In this document: positions 11,944-25,200 of the stretch, in pieces | Position numbering within the stretch: the first letter of the stretch is position 1 | Layout of the letters: each line of letters begins with the position of its first letter | NCBI GenBank assembly: GCA_020536535.1 | Contig: JAHLWZ010000255.1 | Span: 1-45,301 of the forward strand | Length of the DNA: 45,301 nt | Source of the DNA: Pelomyxa schiedti | Taxonomy: Eukaryota; Protista; Evosea | Direction of reading: 5' to 3' | Program-made: the position numbers and the translations under genes | The notes under the pieces: model-generated | Told to the model about the DNA's origin: nothing | Databases searched by the model: none | What the model saw: only the letters and a program-made list of their open reading frames with translations

Positions 11944-14900
11944 CTATTGGTACAATACAGGGTACAGGTCAATTCTATGCGGCGTGCAAACTGCCACATG
12001 GTTTTCACAGCACTGGTTGTTCCCAGTACCATCACAAGCCCCGGTTTTTGTAGCAACAAAGGACACACCTTGCCCTCCTTCAACAGCGACGCTGCATAGT
12101 TTGAGACCTCCAATTCCATCCCACATAATAACACTGCCATCTTCTGACCCAGATATAACAAAGCACTTGGCGAGAGTGGGGTCGCCGTGGTGTAGGACGG
12201 CAAGGGAAATGCTGGAAACGCATCTGACGTGGGGGCCATTGCAAAAGCATGTCTGTGGCAAGAAGTCGGATGGTTCGCTGTCACTGCTTTGCACTCGGAA
12301 GTGGGCCAACTTTCCGGATGTAGTGCCAACCCATACAACTGGGGTGAAGCCCTGGGTGGTGGCGAATTCGCTTACAACACATGAGAATGCTTCCTTGGTC
12401 AGGTCAACGGCTGGATGAAGAAGAAGTCTAATTGCTTTCTGCAATGAGCAATCAAATACTGCAACGCCACCCCGCTGGCAGCAGATAAGCATAAGTTGCG
12501 GTTTATCAGGTAAAGAGACTGAGGCCATGGACACCACTCTGCCAGAAGGTGCAAAATCGCAGGAGGTGTATGCATGTTCCACACAAAACTTAGCTGTAAG
12601 ACTCAGGTCAGACAAGGAGAATTGCCATACACTGACATTTCCCTGAACGTCGCCTCCCCACAGTTGATAGGCATCACTTACAGTGGGAACGTGACTTAAA
12701 CAAGTAAGGCCCGTACCTCTGCCATTCTCGTCGTTGTTGTAGGCTGTATGCAATAAGTCACTGATCGAGTTGCGTTCATTTCGTTTCCACAGTTTGATTT
12801 CGCCATCAGCTGAGGTGCTCACTACAATTTCAGGAATTCTGGGAAGACAAAACAGGCAGGTGATACAAGGATTTCGACCACTGTGGCCCTTCCATGCACT
12901 TATAACACAGAAGCCATACAGTTCGCTGCTTGCTGGGCAGTCCAAATTCCGCTGTAGATGGGTTTGTAGTGTAACGATCATTCCATCTGAGTGTCCACTC
13001 CACAGCAAATCCTCAACCCACAACAGTTTTGTTGGGTGTGCCGTATGGGCTTGTGAGGCAGAGTCAGTTCCTTTGGGAACTTGGAAACGACAACAAGCCT
13101 TGGGAAGTATTGTGCATTCTCTGTATGGAAGGTTGGAACTTCAATATAAGAGATGTGTACCTTTGTATCCTGCTGATCAGTTGGGTTACAGAAGGTCGCA
13201 GATCTGGGTCATGTTGCCAGCATGATTGCAATAGCTCCACAACCCACAAAAGGGAAGAATTTTCGGTTTGCGAGTGGGGGGATTCCAGAATAGGAAAAAG
13301 ATGCAAAGGAGGTAATGGTGAAATAGTCCCCTGAATCAGAGCATTCCTTACGGCATTTTCATTTAATTGCCTATTGCCTCCCTTCATTACAACGAACTCG
13401 CTCAATCGGAATTGGTCATTGAGAAGATACTCAAATGGATCCCCAAAGGGATTCAAAATGTGATCTACTATCATACCTATACATCTTTAAACATTCCAAA
13501 AATGGGACCAGTCAGCAAATAATACCTAAAGACCAAATATCGGCTTTCTCATTGCATTTGACGCCACTTAAGACCTCAGGGGAGAACACTCTTATGTTGG
13601 CTCTGCACTGAGTTGTTGTACCTGCAAATCTATTTGGTTGTAAAATTCCTGAGTAATATGGAATAAAGTGTTACAGGAATTCAGATAATCCAAAATCAGA
13701 GATCTGGTTAAAATGAGACATAGAAAGGAATTCTAGTATACCTTAGCCCAAGGACCCACTCCATTGACATCCAAACTACAGATGAACACATTGCCTGAGG
13801 TTGGGCTTAGAAACTGAAATGCTTACGAACCAAACCTGAGTGCAAATCGTTGTGAATGAGTGGAGGAGTCTGTCTATGAAGATGGTTCAGCCCAGAAGCA
13901 ACATCAAGAATTATCTTCTTGCGTAGTGCCATTGGAAGCAGCGATGCCAGCATAACATCTTTTGATTCCCTTTTAGATTTGCCGCTTGCTGAACGATGCA
14001 CTGTGAAGGTATCAAGGTCGTTTTCAATCAGACGTGACATCTTCATCAGAAGATGAGCTAGGTCAGGCCTCTCAAGAACCAACGAGATTTGTGGCAATGA
14101 AAAAGAGCACGGAGGAACAAGTTCCATCACAACGCTGAGAGGTGATATGAGCATACCAAAAAATTTGACTACATTGCAATGTGGCGAAACAGCACTCATG
14201 ATGGTTGCTTCCATTATTATATCTGCTAAGTCTCTTTCCACTGTGAGAGATTGCTTAACAGCTACCATGTTCCCTGAATATTCAGCTGCAAACACTTTTC
14301 CAAATCCCCCTTCGCCAATGAAGGACCCGATACTTATTTCCTTGATTATTGGAAGGTGCTCAAGTGCAAGGTCGGGAGCAACGAGAGAAAGGGGAATTCC
14401 CTCTGCAGGAAGGAGCCCCTGCACCTGGATCAAATGCTGATTCGGGCACAGTAAGAATGGCTTTCCAGTCAACACTGACATACACTCGCGCTTCGTGAAT
14501 ACATGTAGTGTTTTAGAAATGGGTATCTCTGGTTGAATTTCTGGTGCCGGAAAGTGAGAATTCTCCCGTGTTACTCGTGTGAGAACTTGCCCACAGATGC
14601 GGCAACACTGCAGGTGCAAAGATGTAAAACAGAGAGGGCAGGGGAAGTCTTCTGTTATGTCATCAATGAGTGAAGGGTAGTATGCACGCAGGAAAGTGGT
14701 AACAGTAAGTGCGAGTGTGGCAAATAATTTTGAGGCAGAGTCTTTAAGTGCACAAGATAATTCAGCAATGTGTGTCTCCTTGAAAAACTTTGTATATAAT
14801 TGGATGCACAGAGTTTGGGTTTCCTCATTCCACAAAAGCAGAACTTGAATGGTGGACTCGATAGACAGAATAACACCGTTTTTCCAGATGGTAAGAGGGG

Positions 14901-17900
14901 ATACCCTGGGGATACCAAGAACTCGGATAAGCAAGCGTGAAAACATGCCAATAGGAGTGAACTTGAACCGGAAGGCTCTTCCCAGGTGCAAAAATTCAGG
15001 TTTGGACACTAATTTATGAGACGTGAATGGACACCATCCCAAGGAGAAGGAATTCTTGGCATTCATATCCAAGATAAGAGGACATTGATCTGGTAATAAG
15101 CATGGAATAAGCAGTGTTCCCACTTCCCCCGGCATCGGAAAAGAGATCTCGAAGGTATTCAGTAACTCTATAAGTGCACTGTGCATTTTCTTATGGAAGG
15201 CTTCGAAAACAAATGGAATATGTTTTTGGGGAAGAAAGCCTTGTGATATCCACTTACTGCGACTGGAAATAGTGATTACCTTCAAAAGAATGAATTATAA
15301 TTGCATAGAGAGAAGAAACAAACTGAAGACATCACATCAGAAAGCCATTCGATTTTCAAAATGACAATATCTTCTAGTTTACATTGCTTTTGCCACTCTC
15401 CAACTCCAATACTACCCGATGCAATGGATCGGAAGTGGATGATGGTACCAGAATCCGCAAGAAAGTTCGCGCATAGTTTGACTTCAGAATCGGAGGGAAT
15501 ACGTGGCTTTATTTTGCTCCTTGCACTTTCCTCAGAAGTTATTGTTTTAACAGCCAAAGCCAGGAAGTCAGCCCACATTATGACTTCTTGGTTTCTGCTA
15601 GTCAATACTTTGTGAAATTCGACCCAGCCTTTAGGAACGAAGAGTTGCTGGGAGCGGGCACATTCCTCCAGATGTGCAACTAACTCGGGAAGGGCATCTG
15701 AGAGAGCATTTACAATATTATTGGCCTGCGGATTGTTGAGGAAAAGGCCATCCCCTGTCTTAGAACTCAAAGCAAACACAGCAGAAATCCTACATCTTGA
15801 TATCTCTTTTGTCAAATCAGTCACTGAAGTAAGAGCACGTTCGATAACAGTATCATCATTTGAAAGAACATCCAAATGTGTTCCAATAATAACTACATGT
15901 GGGTGTTTCTTTTTTCCAGAGCTGAATCTTTGAGATGCAATTACTTGGTTCAGCCAATATCGGACTTTCACCAAGGTTCGAGGTTGCAGGGAGGTAGAAC
16001 ATTCAGCTGCAAGCAGAGACAGATCAAAGAGTATCAAGAAAGTTGACTCGGATGTTAAAAAAAATTGATGAGAAGGATATAAAGTCTCCTGCCCCCCTAA
16101 GGTTGGTCACAGTGAGAAAGTGAAAAAAAATGTTACCAAGATCCCAGGCATTCCATAACAGTTTGTTTTTTTTGTCTAATTTGATGACTTTATGGACAGC
16201 AATGCCATCAGTAGCAAGGGGACGAAGATCAGTTTTTTTCTTACGGTTTTCAAGGCAGTATAAGAGGGTAGTTTTTCCTGCTGCGCTTTCTCCAACAAAT
16301 AATAATTTGTGCACGTTCCAGGGAACGGGATTTCCATTACATTTAAGGAATAGTCTCAGATCAGTGGTCCACGCTACACCACTTTCTGAAGCCGTAAAGC
16401 GGGTAGGAAGATAACGTAATGGGTTCCCTGTCAGAATAACATTTGGAATGCCCTGCAAGGTACTAGGAAGAGAGTCTAGATAATTCCAGGAGAGGTCAAG
16501 TGTAGTGCATCTAGCTTCTACTAAGGCGTCACAAACTTCCTCAGGTATTACTAAAATAATTGAGCGACAGTGTGCAAAAAAGTGTAATCAAGACCTGTCA
16601 ATTCCAACGATGAGAGATTAACATGGGCCAAATAATTCATTCCACTTGCGAAAGTTATTCCACTATTCAACAACGTCGACCAGTTGTCTGACCTTGCCCA
16701 TGTGCGGAAAGTACACTCAATGAGTGTGCCAAGGGCTTTTGGGTCTGTGTCTGGGAATTTCCTACTGACAATAGAGAAGAGGTCGAGTGCTTGATTTGGT
16801 TGCATTTGGCAGACGCAAACTGCCTGCTTTGCAAAAAGAAGGTCTACATATACATTGGAGCACTTGTCTTGGGAGAGTAGTGCAAGAACTTGGGATGGGG
16901 AATTTATAACTGCCGTACATCTATGATCACCAATAATTTCTGAAGGATTAAGAATCCAATGTGCAGAATGTGACATTTGAGCATTTAACAAAGCCACAAG
17001 GCTTTCCAGGGACTGATGTGAAATGCACTGGAAAATAATATGTGCAAACCAAGTTTTGGAGCATTTAGATTTGTCAGTGCAATTGAGTTGCGACAGGGCC
17101 TGATGCTGGATAGCACGATTTCTTTCAAAAACCAAGGGCATTGAAATCTCTTAGTTCCAATTAGATGCAATAATTAAAATTGGAATACCTGAAAGTTCAA
17201 TATCAGTGAGAGATCTGTTTACTTTAACAGTTTCACTCAGTAGCAGAGCACCTTCTGGAGTAACTCCGTTTCCTACGTGGTATAAGTAGTACCCATCAGG
17301 AGGAAGGAAAAGCTAACCAGTTAGGTTCAGTTGAGTTAACGTATAGTTCGTTTGTAATGCAGTACAAAGGCAAGAAACACCTTCCATTCCAACAGAATTC
17401 CCTGCATGCTGTTGAGCTGCATAAATGTATCTATGGTACCATTTAAGTTTAAGTGGACAATGGAAGTGTTTAAAGCAAGTGGACTGGAAAGTAGTTGCAT
17501 TCCCTTTGGGCCAATCGCATTCTCTAAGATGGAATATGGTGAGATAATAACCAATACAAAAATGTACCTTGAAGGTCAAGGTGGGTTAAGGACTTAGTAC
17601 TACTGATTCCTTCAGTTAGGAAGCTGCTTCCTTCTGGTCCAAACATGTTATCTAGGTGGAGTTTGTGGGTATGATATGCAAATTCAACTGTACTCTTTAG
17701 TTCCAAACTCCTCAGAGAGTTATTTGTCCTAATGAGCTGGCAAACAAACTTCGCTCCATATGGACCAATCTTGTTTGCTATTTTGATGAGACTAAAATTT
17801 GCTGAAACGTACACACAGCTCAAATTCAATTCTGTAAGAGTTTTAGATCTGAAACTCTGAGCAAAGTCTCGAACCCCATCAGGGCCCAGTTCGTTTTCTT

Positions 17901-18980
17901 CTTTCGTTAGATTTGGATAACGCAATTGGGTACCTTGGATGTGAAGAACAATGAGAGATTTGTTTAACTGAACACCAGCACAAATGAAGAGAGCACCATC
18001 AGGTCCAATGCCGTTATCTTGTGTGTCAATTAAAAAAAAAAAAAAAAACCAGAAAGTTGCTTCATACCAGATAAATTTAAACGGGATAGGTATTTGTTGG
18101 CTGCCAAACCATCAAAAATAAATCGAGTCCCCTGGGCTCCAATACGGTTACCTATATGAAGTAAAATTTAATGAGCTTCAATATCCTGTGGACATACTAG
18201 CTAAAGATAAAGTATCAAGGGACCTATTAACCTTTAGTGCTTCGGCAATATGTCTAGTACCCTCTGGGCCCAAGTTGTTATCTGCCATATTTAGAGAAAG
18301 TCGGGGGTTTGTATAGTGGTACCATCCAAATTCAAGAGGAGTAGGGATAGGCTTGGCTCGTCTTGAGGCTGTGCAGGTGGCCCGACCCCTGAAAACGTTG
18401 CTGAAATTTCTTGAGTTTTTGATTCGTCACTGGGATAGAAACCTAAATTTGAGACCTGCCTTGGGCATTGGAGGGTCTCTGATAAGAATTTTGCTCCTGC
18501 TGGGCCAATATGGTTGCCTGCCAGTTGTGACTCGCAAAGAAAAGAGGAAAGAAGGCATACGTGCAAAGCATAAGTATGTCAAGGTGCTATTTAATGCTAT
18601 AGCTTCAGAGAGGAGTTTGGCTCCATCAGGGCCAATTTCGTTGTCTATTGGTAAAGTTGCGAAAAGTTACCAGTAAGCAACAAGGAGTTACCACTCAAGT
18701 CAAGTGTTTTTATAGATTTGTTAGTGCTCAGCACGGCAGCAAGTAGCCGGGCACCTTCGTCTCCAATATGTTCGCCTGTCACACTCGATAATGAGTCGGA
18801 GCAATGGAGTTTACACAGGGAAATACCAGAGAGGTCCAAGCATGCCAGCGTCGCCGAGGACGACAAAAAATCGTTGAGTGACGGCAAAACCCTGATAATT
18901 GGCGTGTGCCCTGCTTTTGGCTTTGACGGACTGGTGTTGGTCTTGGATGACGAAGGGGTTTCCGCATGTGCCGAGCACAT
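11944..18980 (-). CDS. Roco protein: RI-like LRRs - spacer - short typical LRR - Roc GTPase - COR - TKL-type kinase - WD40 (LRRK-like)
   Basis: Roc motifs KLLFVGESAAGKTTL, ATDGI, WDLGGQE, IIGTHLD, LSSKTGDG. COR motifs LLIPCLLP, PIGMFSRLLIR, IWKNG. Kinase motifs IGEGGFGKV, VAVK, HNDLHSGN, DFG, SPE, KADIWSLG, CWQHDPDLRP. WD40-like LWSGHSDG, STSADGEIKLW, ISGSEDGSVIMWD. The introns I traced in the LRR, Roc and kinase regions are GT-AG and frame-preserving. Confidence 0.95.
17189..18775 (-). repeat. Array of 12 one-LRR-per-exon symmetric (phase 1-1) exons
   Basis: Exons 18692-18775, 18561-18644, 18323-18517 (195 nt), 18198-18281, 18068-18151, 17934-18017, 17817-17897 (81 nt), 17694-17777, 17568-17651, 17440-17523, 17318-17401, 17189-17272. 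Ten are exactly 84 nt. Each encodes xNxIGPxGxxxLxxxLxxNxxLxxLxLx. Confidence 0.93.
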
Positions 18981-19275
18981 CAATAATTACTGGCGAGACG
19001 AATCTACGGCTCAGATCTCACACTACAACAGACAAGTGGTTGATGCCGTTCTCCGCACAACAGACACACCAAGATCTACGGCTCGTGTTTCTTTGGCTCT
19101 TCGGAAAAAACAGTTGACGCAAATTGTGCTTCGTCTAATTTACGTTTCAACGCAAATTTCTGGGTTGCACACTAGGAGATTCGAATCGCGTTCAAATGTA
19201 CAAATTATTTTATTTTCGGCATGTGGGAGCAATAACAACACAAACTGACATACAATGAAGAAGGGATAACCGTCT

Positions 19276-22200
19276 TCAAGACTTATATGCTGGGTTATCC
19301 TCAAATATATACAAATCCAGGCTGCGAGAGGGATTCTTGCGGATGGTTACATGCACCTCAGGGCAGCCCACACAGAACACATAGTAGATATGGAAACATT
19401 TGCCCTTTGAGAGTGCAAACTTCCACTCCCGGCGGGTCAGCGGGAAGAAGTGGGCTGCCTGCTCCACAGTAGATTTCACTTCCACGAATATCGGCGGTCT
19501 GGTCTCGACTATTAGGTCGTAGGACTCCCCAGATTCCGTGCGGGCGTTCAGCCACTTCACCCGGGCTTCCCCATAAGTTTGTCGCAGGAGATGGAACACC
19601 AGTTCCTCGCCCCAGTTCCCTATACTCTTGATGCCGTCAAAGGTCCTCGTGCGCCTCAGGGCCTCCCTGACATCCACAGGAACTGCCGGCTCCCGAACGA
19701 CCTCTGAAACGGAAACAAGTACTTGTCGCGGAAGTTTCCTTCCCGGTTCCGTTCCTTTGGAATGTTCGGCCCTCCTGGGCCCGTTGGACTCTGTCGAGGC
19801 TCGTTCAACTGAGGATGTGGTTGTGGTATTGCTCTCTGTCCCTTTGTTTCTTGCATCATCACCAGCTTCTTCAGAGGCTGCGGCTGCGGCTGCTGATGCC
19901 TTGGGCTTATGTTTTCGTGATTTGGATTTCTTGGGGACTGGTTGGGTGCTTCCTGCTGTCTTTGCAGCAGGTCGTTCTCCCTCATGTGTACAGGATGTAT
20001 GCTGCGATGATGCTTTCTCAATGTCTGGTTCGGGGTCGGTTGAAGAGCTTTCGACGGGGGCCGGGCATTCTTGCGGAATGCTAGATTCTATTAAGGATAT
20101 GGTCTGTGCCATCGCAGATGTTTTTGGGGTACTCAGCTTCGTGGGATCGGTATTTATGAGGTCCATGCACGAGGGAGCGTTTGGTGGGAATGATGGCACC
20201 GGTGGTCTCTTGGGTTTCTTCACTTCATCCTCCTCTTTGGGTAGAAGTGCTTTGCTCAAGACAAACGTCCAAGGTTTATCTGGTACATCTGGTTGCTGGG
20301 TTATGTCTTTGAAAAGACGAAACTCATTGTGGGGAGACTCGGCAACGGCGCAAAATCGACCCGCTAGGTTATCTGACTTCGCGGAGTCCAGACCAAAGGT
20401 TCTCAACAATTCGACAAGTACATCTTGTAGCTCAGCCTCCTCTGTGACAAATAGGAACTTTGATTTATCAAAGGCACAAACAACTCCCCTGGTCACTGTC
20501 ACTGTGGTTGACTGTATGTGGAACTTAACGTCAAGAACAGGTGTGGTGCTGAATTGCACTTGGGAGAGTGTCTCTGCAAAGAGTGTCTTCACATCGCCGT
20601 AGAGCTTGGCGTGCTTGTAGCAAAGAACCTTCTGCACTAACGGAAGTAGAGAGAGTAATTGTTCTTCATGACGCCAGCCTGGAATGCAGCTAACTCCCTT
20701 TTCAACTGTCCTTTCGGTAACTTTTGACAAACGCCTGATCCCAAGGGAATGAAGTAATGGAGACAAGCTGGTAACTTGTTCGAGTGTCCAGAACAAGAAA
20801 TGCGCACGTGAATGAAGGAAATTAGCCACTAAATCTTGATCATCTCCAATATACAAATTCTCTGTGGAAACCCATTTGCGATCTGTTGTGGGCCATATTT
20901 CACTTGTACCCAGTGATTCAATACCTTCTTTTTGCTCGTGCCACCAGGACAACAGGTTTCCTACAAGTGATGCAAGGGTTTCAAACTGCATAAGATTTTG
21001 CGTGCACATCGCAACTACGGCAGAAAGATATTGCTGTGGAGTTGGGGAAACAGGGACACCGAGTATGTCAGTGAAAAAGGGGTTCAAGCTCTCGGGGTAT
21101 CCGCAGGCCTTCAATATGTACACAGGTAAGGATGAGTATTGGACTATGCCTAGGTTGTCACAAAGGCAAGCCTCGGTTGCTGGAACAAATTTATGTCGAT
21201 CAGCCTGATCGACAATGAATACAGTTCTTGGGATCTGCCCGCTCAGTTGGGGGGACTGTGCCAGGGAACTATATGCCGTTTGGTAGACGAAAATCATTTG
21301 CTTCAAAGAAATTTTTCTGAGATCGACGGAGTCATAATTCGACCACTTGCGCCAATGTGCAAGAAGATGAGACCGATCAAAGTCAGGGCCATGCACTATG
21401 CCAAGCATGGTTGCAAGATCTTCGTTTGGTAGAATCGAAGGAACCCCGAAGTTGACATACTCCACGAGATTACCAAATACATCTTCCAAGAATGCAGAGT
21501 GCAACATGGTCTCATCAGGTGACGCCAAACGACCCAAAGATGTAGGAAGCCACTTTCTTTTGAGTGACCGCAATACAGAAGAAGGATTATCCTTAGGTAT
21601 CAATGCCCCAGAGGCATCAAACACTTTGGCGGTGCATCGGTCACAGATGAATTCTTTAGACTGAGAAAAAAGCCAGCGGGTGAATTGTTGCATTATAGTA
21701 AATTCAATACCACCCTCTTCCGCTTTTGATAATACTTTATCCAAGTCTGGGGACGTCCAGTCTTCAATTAAAACCTTTGGGTGGTTTTCTCTTATGTCAG
21801 TGGTACAATCTTTCCAGGGGCAATTGGCTTGTGCCAACTCTTCACGTGTCCTGGTAACTTTAGATAATTTGAACTTAACATCTGAGTCTACACCAATTTG
21901 CCGGAAAAAGTCTTGATAGAACTGCTGATCAAAAGACTTTGATTGTTGAAGGTAAATCGGGTCAAGCAATGGGAGATCAGCAATTGTGAGGATTTCTGTG
22001 GGGAAAGTAGACTGGCCATATTCTCGTCCAAAGTATACACTATCATCTCCAGCATGCACATGTCCCTTATTGGTCAAAAGGACAATTAAAGGCTTCACTT
22101 TATTTATCAGTTTTCCTCCAGACTTGCATTCCATGCAAGATCCCCAGTGTTGCTGAAGAAAAACAAGTTGACTTGGAAGTACATCAGTGTTTGGTGAAAT

Positions 22201-25200
22201 ATTCGAGGGGGGCTTGTACTGTTTGAAAGTTTCAGTAATGAAAGGAATCACATGGTACGAGATGACAGAATGTTCATCAAAGTCGCTTACGCCGAGATGA
22301 CGGAGCAATGGAATGGATAGAGGCGAGAGTAAATCCTTAGCAATGAAGTGCATATTACGCACGAAGGGTAACGTTTTCCAACCGGTATGAACACTATTGC
22401 TAGGGAAAAAAACAGTTTCGTGAAGAGATTTCGGAGATACATTCACCGCTCCTGTTTCTTTCCCATCTTGCTTGAGTGATACAATTCTCAAAACTGGTGA
22501 GTGTTTGAGTTCTGCTGTTACTAGTTCCTGGTTATATCGGGAGCTCGTTCTAAACTGAACCGCCAACCACTCGATCCAAGAGCGAAGTTCGTCATCTGAG
22601 ATAGATGAAATATCTGGTATCTCATGTGAATGCTCTTCATTTGGGGATTTGTTACTCAAACGATTAATTACACTGATCATGTGACTGGGGGAAAAGAAGT
22701 CAATTCCCATACTCAGTGCCAAGGTCTCAGGCAGTTTGATGTCAGGGTGCATAAAATATTTACCAAGTGTTTGGAGGAGAAGCCTTTCAGAAATAGGTGC
22801 TGGATCTCCTATTGGTTGCATTAAAACACTTCCTGGGCAGACTGGGTCATTGCTGCTATTACACAGCCAGTTTTTCAGCTGCATCTCTTTTGCAATGCTG
22901 GTAACTACAGACCGGAAGAAATCAAGTACAGGTGGTCTTGTAGGAAGAAGGGAAGCAAGTTGAGAAGCAGTATTTGAAGGTTGGATTCCTTCAGAGAGTT
23001 GATGACGGGTAAAAGCATACTCACAGGCCATAAATACATCACATACTTTGGTGCGCAACCACAGATTCCATTTATTATCAGCAACGATATCTTCACGTGA
23101 AGACGGTACCACCCAGTCTGCTTGACAGATGAAACGCATCCCGTAATGTTTAAGGGGGAGAAAGGCAAAGACTTGTTGTTCTTCAGGTGACTCAGTAAGA
23201 GGCATTGCCACACATACTTCAGCATCCCCTGCCATATTATTTTGACTACATGTAACACCAACTTCAGATTTGAAGATGCGCTTTGCCACAACCCACTGCT
23301 CTACTGTTTCATCTGTGGAACACCCTTGTGAAAATTCGTGGTTACACAGTTCCACTAAGGCACAGTGGTGCTCTGTGTCGCAAGGAAGTTCCTTGACGAT
23401 TCTTCGTTGCATTGTATGAGTCCTGCCACTGGCGTTGTCGTTCACAGTGATTTTGGACAGTTTCTTCAAAAACAGGAGAAGAGTGGCAGTGATTTCTTGG
23501 AATTTGGTACATAGAATTCCAGCCAAGTCGGGCTGCAGTTTGAGAGGAAGCCGAATCTCTGTTATGCTGGGAGCAGGGTAAGGTTTTTCTGGCAATTCCT
23601 CAACCCACTCTGGTGTAATCATCCCTAGAAGAGAGGAAGCATTGAAGCGAAAGTGATAGCCCCCACTGTGAATCTCGGGATAATCGGTCACACGGAACAC
23701 ACTCTTGAATCCAATGCCTTTATGCCCAATATATCCAGGTTGGTTTACTTTGGAACTTTTAACTCCACACAAAGCTACAAGATCTTTTTCAGTAAACCCA
23801 ATTTCATTGTTTTGGATGACAATGCGATCCTTAAAAATGTTGAAATCAAGGTATGGCAATGTACCGGCTGTATACTGGTTGTCTTCAGCATTTTGTACGA
23901 TTTCAAGAACAAAATGCGAGGCTTCGGAATATAACTCTGTGCTTAGATTTTTTAAGCAATTCTCCAGAGAGGTGCACATCGCATTTGAGTGATTGCTTGG
24001 TGAATATTCTGCCCTGATCTTATTTACCTTATCGTGGCATGCCTGCAAGTGATCTTGAGAAGTATGAAGAGTTGCTTGAGTGGCAGTCTCGTGACCAGGG
24101 CAGGGCACAGGAATTGGTACTTCAACTCCAAGTGTTCCCCTCCAAGTGGAAGTAGAAATTGTAGTGGAGGGTTCGGTTTTAGGAGTTGGAGATGGGCTGA
24201 GTTGTGTGATTGTAATTTTGGTACTTGCTGCATCATGCTCGGCTGACATCGGGACAAATGAACCTGGAGAGGGTACACACATTTTGATGTGTTTGACGAA
24301 AAGATCTACAAGATCCCGGTTCATATGTCTGGCACCAATCTGGCTTAGGACACAGAAATCATTGCGAGACTCAGCGGCCTCTACAATACTATCCTTGTAC
24401 ATAGGTTTCAGTTTGAAAAATTCCCCAATAAAAAGACGGTAAGTTGTAGGATAGTTATGCTGGAGGATAGTGGGTAGTGCATTAATTGTATCCAAGATGA
24501 ATCGAGCAACACTCCTTGGGGTTTCCTATTTATCAGTCAAAATGGAGGGTAATATAATGCAACTAACCTCCTGAAGTCTCAAGCAAAGAGCTTGATTGTA
24601 AGAAGAAGAAAGAAGTGTTGCAGGAATTTGAGTACCATACCGCCAGAGGAGAGATACAAATTGTATGGCAAGGCTACTTGCCGGGCCAGTAATAGCCGCG
24701 TCTTTGAACTTCTGCTCACTGGGATACCCATCAATGGCGAAGTACTGTCCCGGGGAATACTCCAGGATTGGGTTTTCACACCCCCACTGCATGCAGTGGC
24801 TCTCCAAGAATTCCCCCAAATCACCAAATTTGCCTTTAAATTGGGCATCCCAGTGGCACCATACACTGATGTCAGTCAATAATGGAGTGGTTTTCAAAAA
24901 TGTAATCACTTCTGTAGGGTTCAACTTTTCAACTCCTAAGGGGGAAGATACACATTGCTCCGCACCACACACCAGTGTTGCAGCAGACCATATTTTATTT
25001 GTGATTGAATGTGATCCAGGTGAACTTAGGAGAGCTTGCATTGTACCCTGGCCAAGGTCTGTTATGTGACTGACGCCATAGAAAGAGCACAGTGCAACAC
25101 TTGCTAATTCTGCGTTGCCATTGCATGCAGCAGTACATTGTACAGCATGTCCAATCATTTGTGATGTCCTGACTCGAGAGGTGGAGGCTGACCGCTTTTC

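Noticed and set aside
17189-18775. CRISPR-like ~128-nt periodicity
   Set aside because: The period is an 84-nt LRR exon plus a ~44-nt intron, and the units are conserved only at protein level.
19150-19200. tRNA T-loop-like GATTCGAATC
   Set aside because: No pairing T-stem, D-arm or acceptor stem on either strand.
19628-20602. 324-aa plus-strand ORF (also 27232..27969, 38384..39031, 38452..39021)
   Set aside because: Antisense shadows of GC-rich coding exons.
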